A stretch of 64,000 nt of DNA. Origin: Planctomycetota bacterium (GTDB lineage Bacteria > Planctomycetota > MHYJ01 > JACPRB01). A program made the translations under genes and the position numbers. The notes beneath the pieces were generated by a model, which worked only from the letters and a program-made list of their open reading frames with translations, was not told the origin of the DNA and searched no databases. Positions 43,682-54,744 of this stretch are shown here, piece by piece; the first letter of the stretch is position 1; every line of letters starts with the position of its first letter. The stretch spans positions 1,021 to 65,020 of the forward strand of contig JACPRC010000147.1 of NCBI GenBank assembly GCA_016190175.1, written 5' to 3'.

Positions 43682-44865
43682 GATCCGGCGCTGCTCGCTG
43701 GTGGATCGCGCTCGCGTCGCTCTGTACCATGACGCCGGCGATGGGGAGCGATCGAGCGCAGGACTCCGACCCCGAACTCGCGAAGCGAGTGGACGATGCG
43801 CTCCGGGCCGACCTGGGCTGGTCGGCGTCGGAGTCGGCCGGGCTTCGCAAGGCGATCCTCGCCGGGTTCGCCGCCGTGCCGTCGGCCCCCGCCCAGCGGA
43901 AGGACGAGGCGCTCCGGAGCCTGCCCACATTACTCTCGTGGTGGGAACCGGGCGTCCAGCCGATCTTCCCGGAGGACTACGCCCATCTCAACGAACGCTA
44001 TCCTGTCCCGCCCGTGCTCCGGGAGAGGGAATTCTACGCGACCGCCAACTTGTTCGCGACGGTGATCGAGGAGGGGCTCAGGAGGTCTCCCCCCACGGAG
44101 GCGGAGGCGCGGCTCATCCGCTCTCAAATCGACGCAGGCTACGATCTGACCAAGCGGTTGCTGCGGGCGGGAGTCAGCGGGGACGAAGCGGAGAAGGAGA
44201 TCGAATGGGCCGTGGAGAGTTCGAGGTCCATCGCTCACTCCTCCGTGGGCCATTCATTTACCTTGGGGATGGACCGACCGCTCACCAAGGAAGAGATGGA
44301 GGAAGCGCTGGGCACCGCGCAAACGGAGGCGGCGAAGCTGAACGGACTGGTCCTCCCGCGGGCGATCCCCAATTGGGAGCGGATGGACGAGGCGATTCTC
44401 AAGGCCAGGCGGGAACGGGCCGAGCATGTCGCCCTCGTCTGCGATGCGGGATCGGCATTTGGTCGCTGTCGGTGGAGTCTCCACCCACAGGCTCACCGCG
44501 CGCTCGGGGCTCTCGAGGCCGTTCAGGGCGAATACAAGGAGTGGAGGCGTCTCCAGTCGCGCCAAAGCCAGGACGAATCCAAGGCGAGGAGGGAGGCGAT
44601 CCTGGCGGGACTTCAGGAGGAGGCGAAGCGGCGGGCGGCGAGCGAACCTCGTCCTCCGAGAACGTCGTCTTTCCGCGCGGACCCGGAGCCCGTGTCGAAC
44701 GGGATGTCCCCCGCGAGAAGGCCGGCAACGCCGCAGCGCGACGACGGACTCGCGCGCCTCCGTATCGCGATCGTCGTACTGGCCGTGCTGATCGTTGTCG
44801 CCGCGATCGTCGTGCCCATTCTGCGACGGCGCCGGGACCGTGGTACGCGGACGGCTGATCGCTGA
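43678..44865 (+). CDS. Hypothetical exported helical protein with C-terminal TM anchor
   Basis: ATGA overlap, signal peptide, C-terminal IAIVVLAVLIVVAAIVVPILRRRR. Confidence 0.7.
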   Translation: MRSGAARWWIALASLCTMTPAMGSDRAQDSDPELAKRVDDALRADLGWSASESAGLRKAILAGFAAVPSAPAQRKDEALRSLPTLLSWWEPGVQPIFPEDYAHLNERYPVPPVLREREFYATANLFATVIEEGLRRSPPTEAEARLIRSQIDAGYDLTKRLLRAGVSGDEAEKEIEWAVESSRSIAHSSVGHSFTLGMDRPLTKEEMEEALGTAQTEAAKLNGLVLPRAIPNWERMDEAILKARRERAEHVALVCDAGSAFGRCRWSLHPQAHRALGALEAVQGEYKEWRRLQSRQSQDESKARREAILAGLQEEAKRRAASEPRPPRTSSFRADPEPVSNGMSPARRPATPQRDDGLARLRIAIVVLAVLIVVAAIVVPILRRRRDRGTRTADR

Positions 44866-44899
44866 TCGCTCATCGCTGATTGCTGATTGCTGATCGCTT
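44854..44899. repeat. Heptamer tandem array (GCTGATC/GCTGATT)n
   Basis: gctgatcgctgatcgctcatcgctgattgctgattgctgatcgct between convergent genes. Confidence 0.85.
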
Positions 44900-44903
44900 C
44901 TTC

Positions 44904-45662
44904 TCACGCCGCCGCGCTCTGCGTCTTCTTCAGGAACGCCGGCCCCAAGAGCAGCCCCACCGCCGCCGCGCCGAAGATCGCGCACTGGATCAGCGCCGTG
45001 GGCTCCGCGTCAAGCCGCGACGCCGCCCAGAACGGCGAGAAGATGCCGAGGAAGCCCAGCGGGGCCCCGGTGAACTCCAGGACGAGATAATAGAGGAAGG
45101 GCAGCCCCGCGCACGAGAGGAAGAATCCGAGGTAGTACGCCGGCGCCGCACGCCACTTCCGGTCCGCGGCCAGCGAGAAGAGCGCCGCGACGAAGCACGC
45201 CAGCACCGCCACCTGGAGTTGCCCCTTGAAGAACGTCCACAGCCCCAGGTTCGAGATGTTCTGGCAGATGAACGCGAGCGGCAGCACGAAGACGAACAGG
45301 AGCACGACCTGGAGCATCAGAATGTGCACCTGCCCTTGACACGGCGCCGCGCCGCTTTGCGGTGCGCCGCCTCCGGCGGCGCGGTCCGCAGGACCGCGCG
45401 CCGCGTCAAGGGCCTGCCCGGACTCCGCGGTCACCGGGGGCGCCTCCCGGTCCTCGCTCAGGATTCTCGGGATGAAGAGCGGCCAGAGCGCCAGGACGAA
45501 GAACAGCTCCGAGTAGAGGAGAAAGTTGTACAGGTTCTCCGGCCGGACGTACGCCGACAGCACCGGAGCGATGTCGGAGAGGACGAGCACGAGGCCCGTG
45601 CCGATGAACCCGAGCCAGGCGAGGTAGACGACGATCGTCCGCTGGAGGTTCACGCGCGCCAT
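44904..45662 (-). CDS. Hypothetical multi-pass membrane protein
   Basis: About 6 TM segments, FSPFWAA. Follows the ftsQ-like gene. Confidence 0.7.
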   Translation of the reverse strand: MARVNLQRTIVVYLAWLGFIGTGLVLVLSDIAPVLSAYVRPENLYNFLLYSELFFVLALWPLFIPRILSEDREAPPVTAESGQALDAARGPADRAAGGGAPQSGAAPCQGQVHILMLQVVLLFVFVLPLAFICQNISNLGLWTFFKGQLQVAVLACFVAALFSLAADRKWRAAPAYYLGFFLSCAGLPFLYYLVLEFTGAPLGFLGIFSPFWAASRLDAEPTALIQCAIFGAAAVGLLLGPAFLKKTQSAAA

Positions 45663-45678
45663 GGGCCCCCCTCTCATG

Positions 45679-45750
45679 GGGATGGGGAGATCGGGAGATC
45701 CCATCGTCTCGACCTTCTCATCTCCCTATCTCCCCATCTCCCTATCTCCC
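45679..45750. repeat. Octamer tandem array (ATCTCCC[TC])n with inverted partner
   Basis: ggggagatcgggagat ... atctccctatctccccatctccctatctcccc. Confidence 0.75.
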
Positions 45751-46658
45751 CGCGGCCGCCCGCGGTCCGTCGTTCGACTGTCCTTCTCCAGCACCGCGGG
45801 CTTCTCGAAGTAGACCTTCGCGTACTGGAGTCCGTCAAGGTTCGGATATGCCTCCAGGACGAGCCTCAGGTTCCCGATCTTCTGCGCGACGGTCAGCTCG
45901 CCGAACTTCCGGCTCGATTCCGGCCGGCCCCAGTAGACGATGCAGCCCGACGACGTCAGCATCGCGATCTCGCTCTTCTTCGGGTTGACCCTTCCGCCGA
46001 GGTTCGCGACGTCGATCGCCGTCACGCCCGCCTTCGCCAGGAGCGGCTCGCGGCCGACGAGTTCCGCCGTCTCGATGCCGGCGGCCAGCGCCGGGTCGTC
46101 CCACATCCTCCCCGCCTCCGGCGCGGAGCCGAGCCCGACGAGGTCCGCTTCGAGCGCCCGGGGCGGCCGCTCCTTCCAGACGCCGGGGAGGCGCACGCGG
46201 TCGCGGTCCACGGCGATCCAGCCTTCGCCCGTGCGCACCGTGACGTGCGGCGTCCGGAACTCGTAGCGCACGCGGAGCCGGTTCGGGAACTCCCGCTGCA
46301 CGGAGGTGACGCGCCGGACCCACGGGTTCTTCTCGAAGGCCCGCCCCACGCGCGCCGGCGCCTCGTCGTCGAAGGCGCTCCAGCCGTCCGGCCCCAGATC
46401 CACGTCGACCGCGTTGCGGCCGCCGGTCCATTTCGGCGCCAGCGCGACGCGGAGAGACTCCGGCGTGACGACGTACTCCTTCCGCCCGGCGACCAGGCTG
46501 TAGACCTCCTTGTGCACGAGGAGGACGACGAGCGTGAGGGCGCCGATCCCGGCGGAGATCTTGCCTGCGCGCAGGAGGCCCGCGCGGTGCTCGCCCGCCC
46601 ACGCGCGAACCTTGAGGTCGGGCAGGCGGACCTGCTTCAGCCTCTTGAAGAGGGTCAT
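45726..46658 (-). CDS. ftsQ: FtsQ/DivIB-like cell division protein
   Basis: Basic N-terminus, single TM, POTRA-like FEKNPWVRRVTSVQREFPNRLRVRYEFRTP. Downstream of ddl in dcw order. Confidence 0.7.
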   Translation of the reverse strand: MTLFKRLKQVRLPDLKVRAWAGEHRAGLLRAGKISAGIGALTLVVLLVHKEVYSLVAGRKEYVVTPESLRVALAPKWTGGRNAVDVDLGPDGWSAFDDEAPARVGRAFEKNPWVRRVTSVQREFPNRLRVRYEFRTPHVTVRTGEGWIAVDRDRVRLPGVWKERPPRALEADLVGLGSAPEAGRMWDDPALAAGIETAELVGREPLLAKAGVTAIDVANLGGRVNPKKSEIAMLTSSGCIVYWGRPESSRKFGELTVAQKIGNLRLVLEAYPNLDGLQYAKVYFEKPAVLEKDSRTTDRGRPRGDREMGR

Positions 46659-46747
46659 CCAAGTATCTATCGGCACGGTCGCGCCCGCTTTATCGTACAA
46701 TCGGGCACCGACCCGGGTGGTCCGCACTTGTTGTGGCGGACCACCCA

Positions 46748-46976
46748 GAGAGGACGGAGAGCAAAGAACAAAGAGGAAAGGAGGCGGGGAAGCCTCCCCC
46801 GCTTGCGCGCCTTCGCGACGCCGTAGCCGCCGCTTCGGCGGCGCAGGCGCGGCCGTAGCCGCGGCCGCTTTCCGCCTCCGCGCTTCGGCGTGACCACGCC
46901 GTAGCTCGCCGGAGGCGAGCGAAGGCGGGCGGCGTGGCGAAGGCCCGGCCGCTTTGTTCTTCGTTCTCGGTTCTTT
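46748..46976. repeat. Composite element: (AAAGAAC)-type array, GTAG-REP-like hairpins, (GTTCTT)-type inverted array
   Basis: agagcaaagaacaaagaggaaag ... three ccgtagc motifs with gcgaagg partners ... tttgttcttcgttctcggttcttt. Confidence 0.65.
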
Positions 46977-47037
46977 CCGGCCGGCCCGATCCGACAAGTA
47001 CGGACCGGCCAGGGCACCGACAGCGGGGGGATACAGC

Positions 47038-48591
47038 ATGAATGAAGGGGATCCGTTCCTCCGGACCTTCCTCAATCGAAACTCCGCCGTCGCCTGGATG
47101 ATCCTCGAGTCCGCGGGCGACGGGATCTTCGGGCTCGACACCGAGGGACGGATCACGTTCACCAACAGCGCGGCCGCGGCGCTCCTCGGGTACGAACCGG
47201 CGGATTTCGTCGGCCGTCACTCGCACTCGACCTACCATTATTCGCGGGCGGACGGAACCCCCTACCCGGCCGAGGAGTGTCCGATCTACGCCGCGTACCG
47301 GACGGGGACGGTCCACCGGTCGGACGCGGACGTCTTCTGGCGGAAGGACGGCACTTCGTTCGACGTCGAGTACACGAGCACCCCGATCCTGGAGGACGGA
47401 CGGATCACCGGGGCCGTCGTCGTCTTCCGCGACATCTCGGAGCGGCGGCGGTTCCGGGAACGGATGAGCCAGGTGGAGAAGATGACCGCGGTCGGCCGCC
47501 TCGCGGGCGGCGTCGCCCACGACTTCAACAACATCCTCACCGTCATCAACGGCTACTGCCAGCTCCTGCTCACGCGGATGGACCCGCGCGATCCCTGGCG
47601 GCCGATGGTCGAGGAGGTCAACGCGGCGGGGGAGCGCGCCGCGACCCTCACGCGGCAGCTCCTCGTCTTCAGCCGCAAGCAGGAGATCGCTCCGCGGGTC
47701 CTCGACGTCGCCTCGATCGTCGCCGGCATGGAGAAGATGCTCCGCCGGCTGATCGGCGAGGACGTCGATCTGACCGTCGCGACCCCGAGCCCGGGTCGCG
47801 TCAGGGCCGATCCCGGACAGATCGAACAGGTCGTGATGAACCTGGTCGTCAATGCCCGCGACGCGATGCCGGGCGGGGGACAGATCACGATCGAGGTGGA
47901 GGAGGTCGAACTGGATGCGGGCTATGCGGCGGCGCACCCCGGCGCCCGCCCCGGACCGCACGTCCTGCTGACCGTGACGGACACCGGCGGGGGGATGAGC
48001 GAGGAGGTCCGGGCGCACCTCTTCGAGCCGTTCTTCACGACGAAGGAGAAGGGCACGGGACTGGGGCTTTCGACGGTCTACGGGATCGTCCGGCGTTTCG
48101 ACGGCCACATCTCCGTCACCAGCGAGCCGGGCCGGGGAACGACGATGCGGGCGTACCTGCCCCGCGCCGAGGCCGGCGAGGTCCCCGCCGCCCCCGCTCC
48201 GCCTCCCCCCGTCGCGCGCGGGAAGGAGACCGTGCTCCTCGTCGAGGACGAGGAGGCCGTGCGGCGGCTCGCGCGGGTGATCCTCGAGAGCCAGGGGTAT
48301 GCGGTGATCGAGGCCGCCGACGCGCGCGAGGCGCTCCATGCGATCGAGACCGGCCCCGCGGCGATCCACCTCTTGCTCACGGATACCGTCATGCCGGGCA
48401 TGGGCGGCCTTCAGCTCGCCCGCGAGGCGCGCGACCGGCGGCCGGACCTGCGGATTCTCCTGATGTCGGGATACACGGACCGGACGCTCGTCGACCGCGA
48501 GCCCGAGGCCGCGGACCTCCCCTTCCTCCAGAAGCCCTTCACCGTCGCCGGGCTGGCCTCGAAAGTCCGCGAGGTGCTCGACCGCTCGTGA
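47038..48591 (+). CDS. PAS-domain hybrid sensor histidine kinase/response regulator (CckA-like)
   Basis: PAS/PAC, GGVAHDFNNIL H-box, NLVVNARDAM, DTGGGM, FEPFFTTK, GTGLGL, receiver (LLVEDE, TDTVMP, KPF). Confidence 0.95.
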   Translation: MNEGDPFLRTFLNRNSAVAWMILESAGDGIFGLDTEGRITFTNSAAAALLGYEPADFVGRHSHSTYHYSRADGTPYPAEECPIYAAYRTGTVHRSDADVFWRKDGTSFDVEYTSTPILEDGRITGAVVVFRDISERRRFRERMSQVEKMTAVGRLAGGVAHDFNNILTVINGYCQLLLTRMDPRDPWRPMVEEVNAAGERAATLTRQLLVFSRKQEIAPRVLDVASIVAGMEKMLRRLIGEDVDLTVATPSPGRVRADPGQIEQVVMNLVVNARDAMPGGGQITIEVEEVELDAGYAAAHPGARPGPHVLLTVTDTGGGMSEEVRAHLFEPFFTTKEKGTGLGLSTVYGIVRRFDGHISVTSEPGRGTTMRAYLPRAEAGEVPAAPAPPPPVARGKETVLLVEDEEAVRRLARVILESQGYAVIEAADAREALHAIETGPAAIHLLLTDTVMPGMGGLQLAREARDRRPDLRILLMSGYTDRTLVDREPEAADLPFLQKPFTVAGLASKVREVLDRS

Positions 48592-48613
48592 TCGCGCGTC
48601 GTATAATCGCCGT

Positions 48614-50179
48614 ATGAATCTCCTCACGCTCCTCTGCCTCCTCCAGGTCGCCGACCCCGCCTCGAAGGACAACGGCGCCGACTACCTGATCGTCGCGCCC
48701 GCGGAGTTCGTCCCGGCCATCGCCCCTCTCGCCGACTACCGGGCGAAGCAGGGGTATCGCGTCGCGGTCGCGACGACCGAGTCGATCGCGAAGCCGTGGA
48801 AGGACGCGCGCGCGTTCGTGCGTTTCGCCGCGAAGGAGTGGAAGGCCCCGGCGCCGAGATTCCTGCTCCTCGTCGGGGACTCCGACCGCATCCCCTCGAT
48901 CGAGCGCCGGTCCGCGTACCAGACGAAGAGGTTCGCCAACGACGACGATCTCGGGACGGACCACCTGTACGGCGTCCTCGACGACGGGCTCGACGCCGCG
49001 ATCGCGGTCGGCCGCTTCCCCGCGGACACGGCCGACGAGGTGCGGGCGATGGTCGAGAAGACGATCGAGTACGAGCGCGACCTCAAGCCGGGCGCGTGGC
49101 AGAAGAAGATCGACTTCATCACGGGCGAGGGCGGCTTCTCGCCCTTCATCGACCAGTTCATCGAGGCGCAGTTCACGGCGCTCGTCGCGGAGAACATCCC
49201 TGCGGCGTACGATCTCGAGGTCGCGTACTCGAAGACGACCTCCCGCTACTCCCCCTTCCCGCCGAGGTTCAACGAGAACGCGGTGCGGCTCCTGAACGAG
49301 GGGTCCCTCTTCTACGTCTACGTGGGCCACGGCCACCGGACGGGGTTCGACCAGCTCCGCTGGCAGAAGAAGACGTACCCCATCTTCGACGCGGCCAACG
49401 CGAAGGACATCGACGTCAGGAACGGGCTCCCGATCATGTTCGTCGTCGCGTGCACGACGGGCTTCTACGACTTCCGCGGGGGCGACTGCGTCGGCGAGGA
49501 TCTCTTCAAGCGGCGCCGCGGGCCGGTCGCGTACATCGGCGGCTCGCGCATCATCCAGCCCTACCCGAGCGCGCTGCTGAGCAAGGGGCTCATCGAGGAG
49601 GTCTTCCACGCGCGGCGGGAGACGATGGGCTGGGCGCTCGTCGAGGCGAAGAAGAAGCTGCTCGCGCCGGACGAGTCGAAGTTCCGCAAGACGGCCGACA
49701 CGATGGCGGGCGGGGTGCAGGGGGCGGACAACCTCGAGCCGATGCGGAAGGACTGCGTGCTGCACTACAACCTGTTCGGCGACCCGGCGCTGCGGCTGCG
49801 TCGGCCGGACGAGGGGGTGAAGCTGGAGTTCGCGGAGTCGGTCGCGCCCGGCGGCACGATCCAGGTCGCGGGCCGCTCGCCCGTGAAGGACGGCCGGGCC
49901 CGCGTGGCGCTCGAGTCGCTCCGCACGAAGTTCGCGCGGCCGCTCCCGCGCGTCGTCCTCGGGGCGGACGATTTCGAGAGGCAGATCACGGAGCGCTACA
50001 AGGCGGCGAACGACAAGACGATCGTCTTCATCGAGGTGGAGGCGAAGGGCGGCGAGTTCCGCGCGGCGCTCCCCGTGCCGCACGACCTGGAGGCGGGCGA
50101 CTACGTCCTCAAGGTGACGGTGCTGGGCGAAGGCGGGACGGCGCTGGGGGCGGGGGCGGTGAAGTGCGCCGCGAAGTAG
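48614..50179 (+). CDS. C25 (gingipain-family) cysteine peptidase
   Basis: DYLIVAP, LLLVGD, AVGRFP, YVGHG (His), VVACTTG (Cys), YNLFGDPAL. Confidence 0.9.
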   Translation: MNLLTLLCLLQVADPASKDNGADYLIVAPAEFVPAIAPLADYRAKQGYRVAVATTESIAKPWKDARAFVRFAAKEWKAPAPRFLLLVGDSDRIPSIERRSAYQTKRFANDDDLGTDHLYGVLDDGLDAAIAVGRFPADTADEVRAMVEKTIEYERDLKPGAWQKKIDFITGEGGFSPFIDQFIEAQFTALVAENIPAAYDLEVAYSKTTSRYSPFPPRFNENAVRLLNEGSLFYVYVGHGHRTGFDQLRWQKKTYPIFDAANAKDIDVRNGLPIMFVVACTTGFYDFRGGDCVGEDLFKRRRGPVAYIGGSRIIQPYPSALLSKGLIEEVFHARRETMGWALVEAKKKLLAPDESKFRKTADTMAGGVQGADNLEPMRKDCVLHYNLFGDPALRLRRPDEGVKLEFAESVAPGGTIQVAGRSPVKDGRARVALESLRTKFARPLPRVVLGADDFERQITERYKAANDKTIVFIEVEAKGGEFRAALPVPHDLEAGDYVLKVTVLGEGGTALGAGAVKCAAK

Positions 50180-50182
50180 CGC

Positions 50183-51135
<953 letters not shown>

Positions 51136-51139
<4 letters not shown>

Positions 51140-51981
51140 GGTTTCCCCCAGACCACGACTTCCAGTTCCAGTTCGATGCCGGTGCGGCGCCGGACCTGGT
51201 CGCGCACGAGGTCGATGAGCCGGAAGACGTCCGACGCCGTCGCGATGCCGTCATTGACGAAAAAGTTCGCGTGCTTGCGGGAGACGCGGGCGCCCCCGAC
51301 GCCGGCGCCCTTGAGACCGGCCTCGTCGATCAGCCGTCCCGCGCTCAGGCCGGGCGGATTGCGGAACATGCAGCCGGAGTTGCTGCAGCCGAGCGGCTGC
51401 GTCGCCTTTTTCGCCGCGAGGATCTCCTCGTAGCGCGCGCGCGCGGCCGGGTCGGGCCGCAGGTCGAACTCGACACCGACGACGATGCGATCGGCGAGCG
51501 CGGTCCCGCGGTAGCGGAAGCCGACCTCGTCGTGGGAGAGTCGGCGGATGCGGCCGTCCTCGAGGACGTCGACGAAGCGGACGGCGTCGCCGATCTCGCC
51601 GTGGCGACCGCCCGCGTTCATCGCGACGGCGCCGCCCACGGTCGCGGGGACGCCCGCGAGACACTCCAGTCCCCCGAGCCCTTCGGCGACGGTCTCCTTG
51701 ACGAGGTTGGGAAGGTTCGCGCCGGCCTCGACGTAAAGCCCGCGGCGGGCGTGCATGCGGGTCAGCCGGACGACCAGGTCGGGCACCCCCCCATCGTTCA
51801 CGAGGAGATCGGCTCCGGCGCCGAGGACGCGGATGGGGACGCCGAGGGAGGTGGCGGCGGCGAGTTCGTCGAGCGTGCGCGGCTCGGCGAAGAACGCGGC
51901 CGGGCCCCCGACCTTCATGGTGGTCAGGGGCCCGAGCGGCACGTTCCGTCGCAGCCCGAGGTCCGAGCACGCGAGCGGCAT
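51136..51981 (-). CDS. murB: UDP-N-acetylenolpyruvoylglucosamine reductase
   Basis: TTMKVGGPA, GLECLAGVPATVGGAVAMNAG, FRYR, GCMFRNP, SRKHANF, LELEV. Confidence 0.95.
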
Positions 51982-52008
51982 CTTCCCCCCGTCTCCCCTC
52001 CGAGATAA

Positions 52009-52037
52009 ACTATAAAGTGTAAATTATAAAAAGGCAA
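52009..52037 (-). promoter_or_regulatory. Internal sigma70-like promoter upstream of murB
   Basis: TTGCCT-17 nt-TATAGT in a very AT-rich patch. Confidence 0.55.
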
Positions 52038-52203
52038 GGAAATTCCGCGGCAATTCCGGACGGTCTGCAATTGCTGCAGTCGGACTACCCCGCGAGGAAC
52101 CGCAGCGCCACCGCCTTCGCACGCCGGAGCGGATCGGAGACACCAAGAGTTGACAGGGAGCTTTTGGTGCAGACGAGCTTCGGAGGGGCGCCCTGGTGGA
52201 TGA

Positions 52204-53535
52204 CTACCTCGCCAGGAACCGCCGGGCCACCTCGTCCACGTTCCCCGCCCCCATCGTGACGACGAGGCAGTCGGGCGGCGCCTTCTCCCGCAGGAACTCC
52301 ACGACCGAGTCGAACGTCGGCAGGAAGAGCGCGGCCTTGCCGTTCTGGTCCAGGAGCTTCGCCAGGTCCGCGCTCGAGATCGCCTTCGATTCCTCGTCCC
52401 GCGCCTCGTAGATCTCCGGCAGCAGCACGAGGCTCGCGTCCGAGAACGCCTTCGCGAACTCCTTGAGCAGGATCCGCGTCCGCGCCCGCTGGTGCGGCTG
52501 GAAGACGCACCAGATCTTCCGCTCCGGGTACCGCTCGCGCGCCGCCCGCAGGGTCGCCTGGACCTCCGTCGGGTGGTGCCCGTAGTCGTCGACGACGGGC
52601 ACGCCCCCGCGCTCGCCCACGAGCTGGAACCTCCGCGCCGCGCCGGCGAACTCCGAGAGCGCCACCTGGATGATCTCCCGCCCCACGCCCGCCCACGTCG
52701 CCGCCGCCGTCGCCGCCAGCGCGTTCGAGACGTTGTGGATCCCGGGCACCGAGATCTGGAACTCCCCGAACGGCTTGCCGTACTTCACGATCTCGAACGT
52801 CCAGCGGCCGTCCTTTACCTCGACGTTGCGCGCCCTCCAGTCCGCGTCCCGTTCGATCGAGTACGCCTCGTCCCTCCCCTTCCGCTCGACCACGATCGAC
52901 GCCGAGCCCGCGTTGTCCAGTGAGCCGATCACGATCTCGCTCGCCCGCGCCGCGAACTCGCGGTAGGCCTGCGTGATCTCCGCAAGGTCCCTGTAGTAGT
53001 CGAGGTGGTCCTCCTCGACGTTCGTGATCACGGCGCAGCGCGGCGAGAGGTTGTGGAACGAGCGGTCGTACTCGCACGCCTCCGTGACGAAGTGCCTCCC
53101 CTTCCCGAGCGCCGCGTTGGAGCCGAGCTGCGGGACCACGCCCCCGATCACGAAGCCGGGCTCGAATCCCGCGCGCGACAGGACGTACGCGCTCATCGAC
53201 GAGGTCGTCGTCTTCCCGTGGCATCCGGCGACCGCGATCCCCGCGCGGTCCTGCGTCAGCCGCCCGAGCATCTGCGCGTACTTCACGACCTCGATGTTCC
53301 GCTCGCGCGCGGCGACGACTTCGGGGTTGTCGTCGCGGACGGCCGCCGAACGCACGACGAGCTCGGCGCCGGCGACGTTCTTCGGATCGTGGCCGACCGC
53401 GACCGGAATGCCGAGCGACTCGGTGAGCGCGTTCGGCTTCAGATCGGAACCGGTCAAGGTGTGTCCCTGCGCGGCGAGGCACCGCGCCAGGCCGCTCATG
53501 CCGATCCCGCCGATGCCGATCAGGTGAATGTTCAT
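52204..53535 (-). CDS. murC: UDP-N-acetylmuramate--L-alanine ligase
   Basis: IGIGGIGMSGLA, GCHGKTTTS, EACEYD, DHLD, DDYGHHPTE, FQPH, MGAG. Confidence 0.96.
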   Translation of the reverse strand: MNIHLIGIGGIGMSGLARCLAAQGHTLTGSDLKPNALTESLGIPVAVGHDPKNVAGAELVVRSAAVRDDNPEVVAARERNIEVVKYAQMLGRLTQDRAGIAVAGCHGKTTTSSMSAYVLSRAGFEPGFVIGGVVPQLGSNAALGKGRHFVTEACEYDRSFHNLSPRCAVITNVEEDHLDYYRDLAEITQAYREFAARASEIVIGSLDNAGSASIVVERKGRDEAYSIERDADWRARNVEVKDGRWTFEIVKYGKPFGEFQISVPGIHNVSNALAATAAATWAGVGREIIQVALSEFAGAARRFQLVGERGGVPVVDDYGHHPTEVQATLRAARERYPERKIWCVFQPHQRARTRILLKEFAKAFSDASLVLLPEIYEARDEESKAISSADLAKLLDQNGKAALFLPTFDSVVEFLREKAPPDCLVVTMGAGNVDEVARRFLAR

Positions 53536-53541
53536 CCAGAA

Positions 53542-53572
53542 GCCGTTAGCCGTTAGCCGTTAGCCATTAGCC
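53542..53572. repeat. Heptamer tandem array (GCCGTTA)n
   Basis: gccgttagccgttagccgttagccattagcc just upstream of the murC ATG. Confidence 0.85.
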
Positions 53573-53616
53573 CTTGGCGGCCCGCCTCATGCCGGCTGAC
53601 TGCCAGGGGCAAAGAG

Positions 53617-54594
53617 CTAAATGCTGCTCAGGTCTTCGGCGATGGTCCGCGCCGCCTCGGGGCGGGCGAACCGCTGGAGGGCTCGGCCCCTATTATGGAC
53701 TTCGGGGTCGGCCGAGACAAGCTTCGCGACGATCTCCGCGATGCGCCCGATCTCCGACTCCTCCACGACCCAGACCGCGTCACCCAATGCCCGCGCGTTC
53801 GCCCGCTGGTGGTCGTCGGCCGCGTGCGGATACGGGACGAGCACCGTCGGGAGGCCGAAGCACGCCAGCTCCGCGATCGCAAGCGCCCCGGCGCGCGAGA
53901 CCGCGAGGTCCGCCGCCGAGTACGCAAGCTCCATCTCATCCAGGTATTCGAGGACGACCGTGCCCCGCGCCGTCCGTCCCCTTCCCGTGATCCGGATCGT
54001 CTGGACGTCGAGATCCAGCGCGTTGAGCGCCCCGGCGCCCTGACTGCCTCCGAGGACGAGGACGGTCGGCCGGTCCGGGTCGAGCCCGAGCCGCGCGCAC
54101 GCCTGCGACTTCGGAATGCGCCGCAGCCCCGGCCGGATCGGGCTTCCCGCCGCGACCACGCGGCCCGGGAGCCGCGTCTCGCGCCACTGCGCGTAGACGC
54201 GCGCCGCCATCGGCGCCAGCGCCCGGTTCGCCTTCCCCGGCCGGATGTTCTGTTCGAGAAGCACGTACGGAATCCCGAGCAGCATCGCCGCCGCGACCGG
54301 CGGCACGCTCCCGTAGCCGCCGAGGCCGACGAGGACGTCGGGACGGAACTCGCGCAGGGCCCGCAGCGACTCCGCCACCGCGCGGCCGAACCGGACGGGG
54401 AAGGACGGGGAGAGCCGCGGCGAAGGCAGGACGCGGTACGGGAGGCGCGCCGCGTCGAGCGCCGAGCGGTCGAACGGACGTTCCGTGCAAAGGAAGAGGC
54501 GGCGCCCGCTCAGGCTCTGCGCCAGCGCGATGCCGGGATAGAGATGTCCGCCGGTGCCTCCGCCGGCGAAGAGGATTCCCCGCTCTCGGACCAC
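53617..54594 (-). CDS. murG: MurG N-acetylglucosaminyl transferase
   Basis: GGGTGGHLYP, GGYGS, EQN, GGSQGA, SRAGA, HQRANA. Confidence 0.95.
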   Translation of the reverse strand: MVRERGILFAGGGTGGHLYPGIALAQSLSGRRLFLCTERPFDRSALDAARLPYRVLPSPRLSPSFPVRFGRAVAESLRALREFRPDVLVGLGGYGSVPPVAAAMLLGIPYVLLEQNIRPGKANRALAPMAARVYAQWRETRLPGRVVAAGSPIRPGLRRIPKSQACARLGLDPDRPTVLVLGGSQGAGALNALDLDVQTIRITGRGRTARGTVVLEYLDEMELAYSAADLAVSRAGALAIAELACFGLPTVLVPYPHAADDHQRANARALGDAVWVVEESEIGRIAEIVAKLVSADPEVHNRGRALQRFARPEAARTIAEDLSSI

Positions 54595-54744
54595 TACCGC
54601 CCCCTCTCACGGGGAGTATACGCCGCGTCGCCGTGATCGGGAAGGGAAAGCCGAAAGGCAAGCGTTCAGCCTTCAGCCGTCCGCTCTCAGCGCGGCGGCC
54701 GCAACCGTACGCGGGAGCAGCACCCGGGCCGCCGCGCCTAAAGG

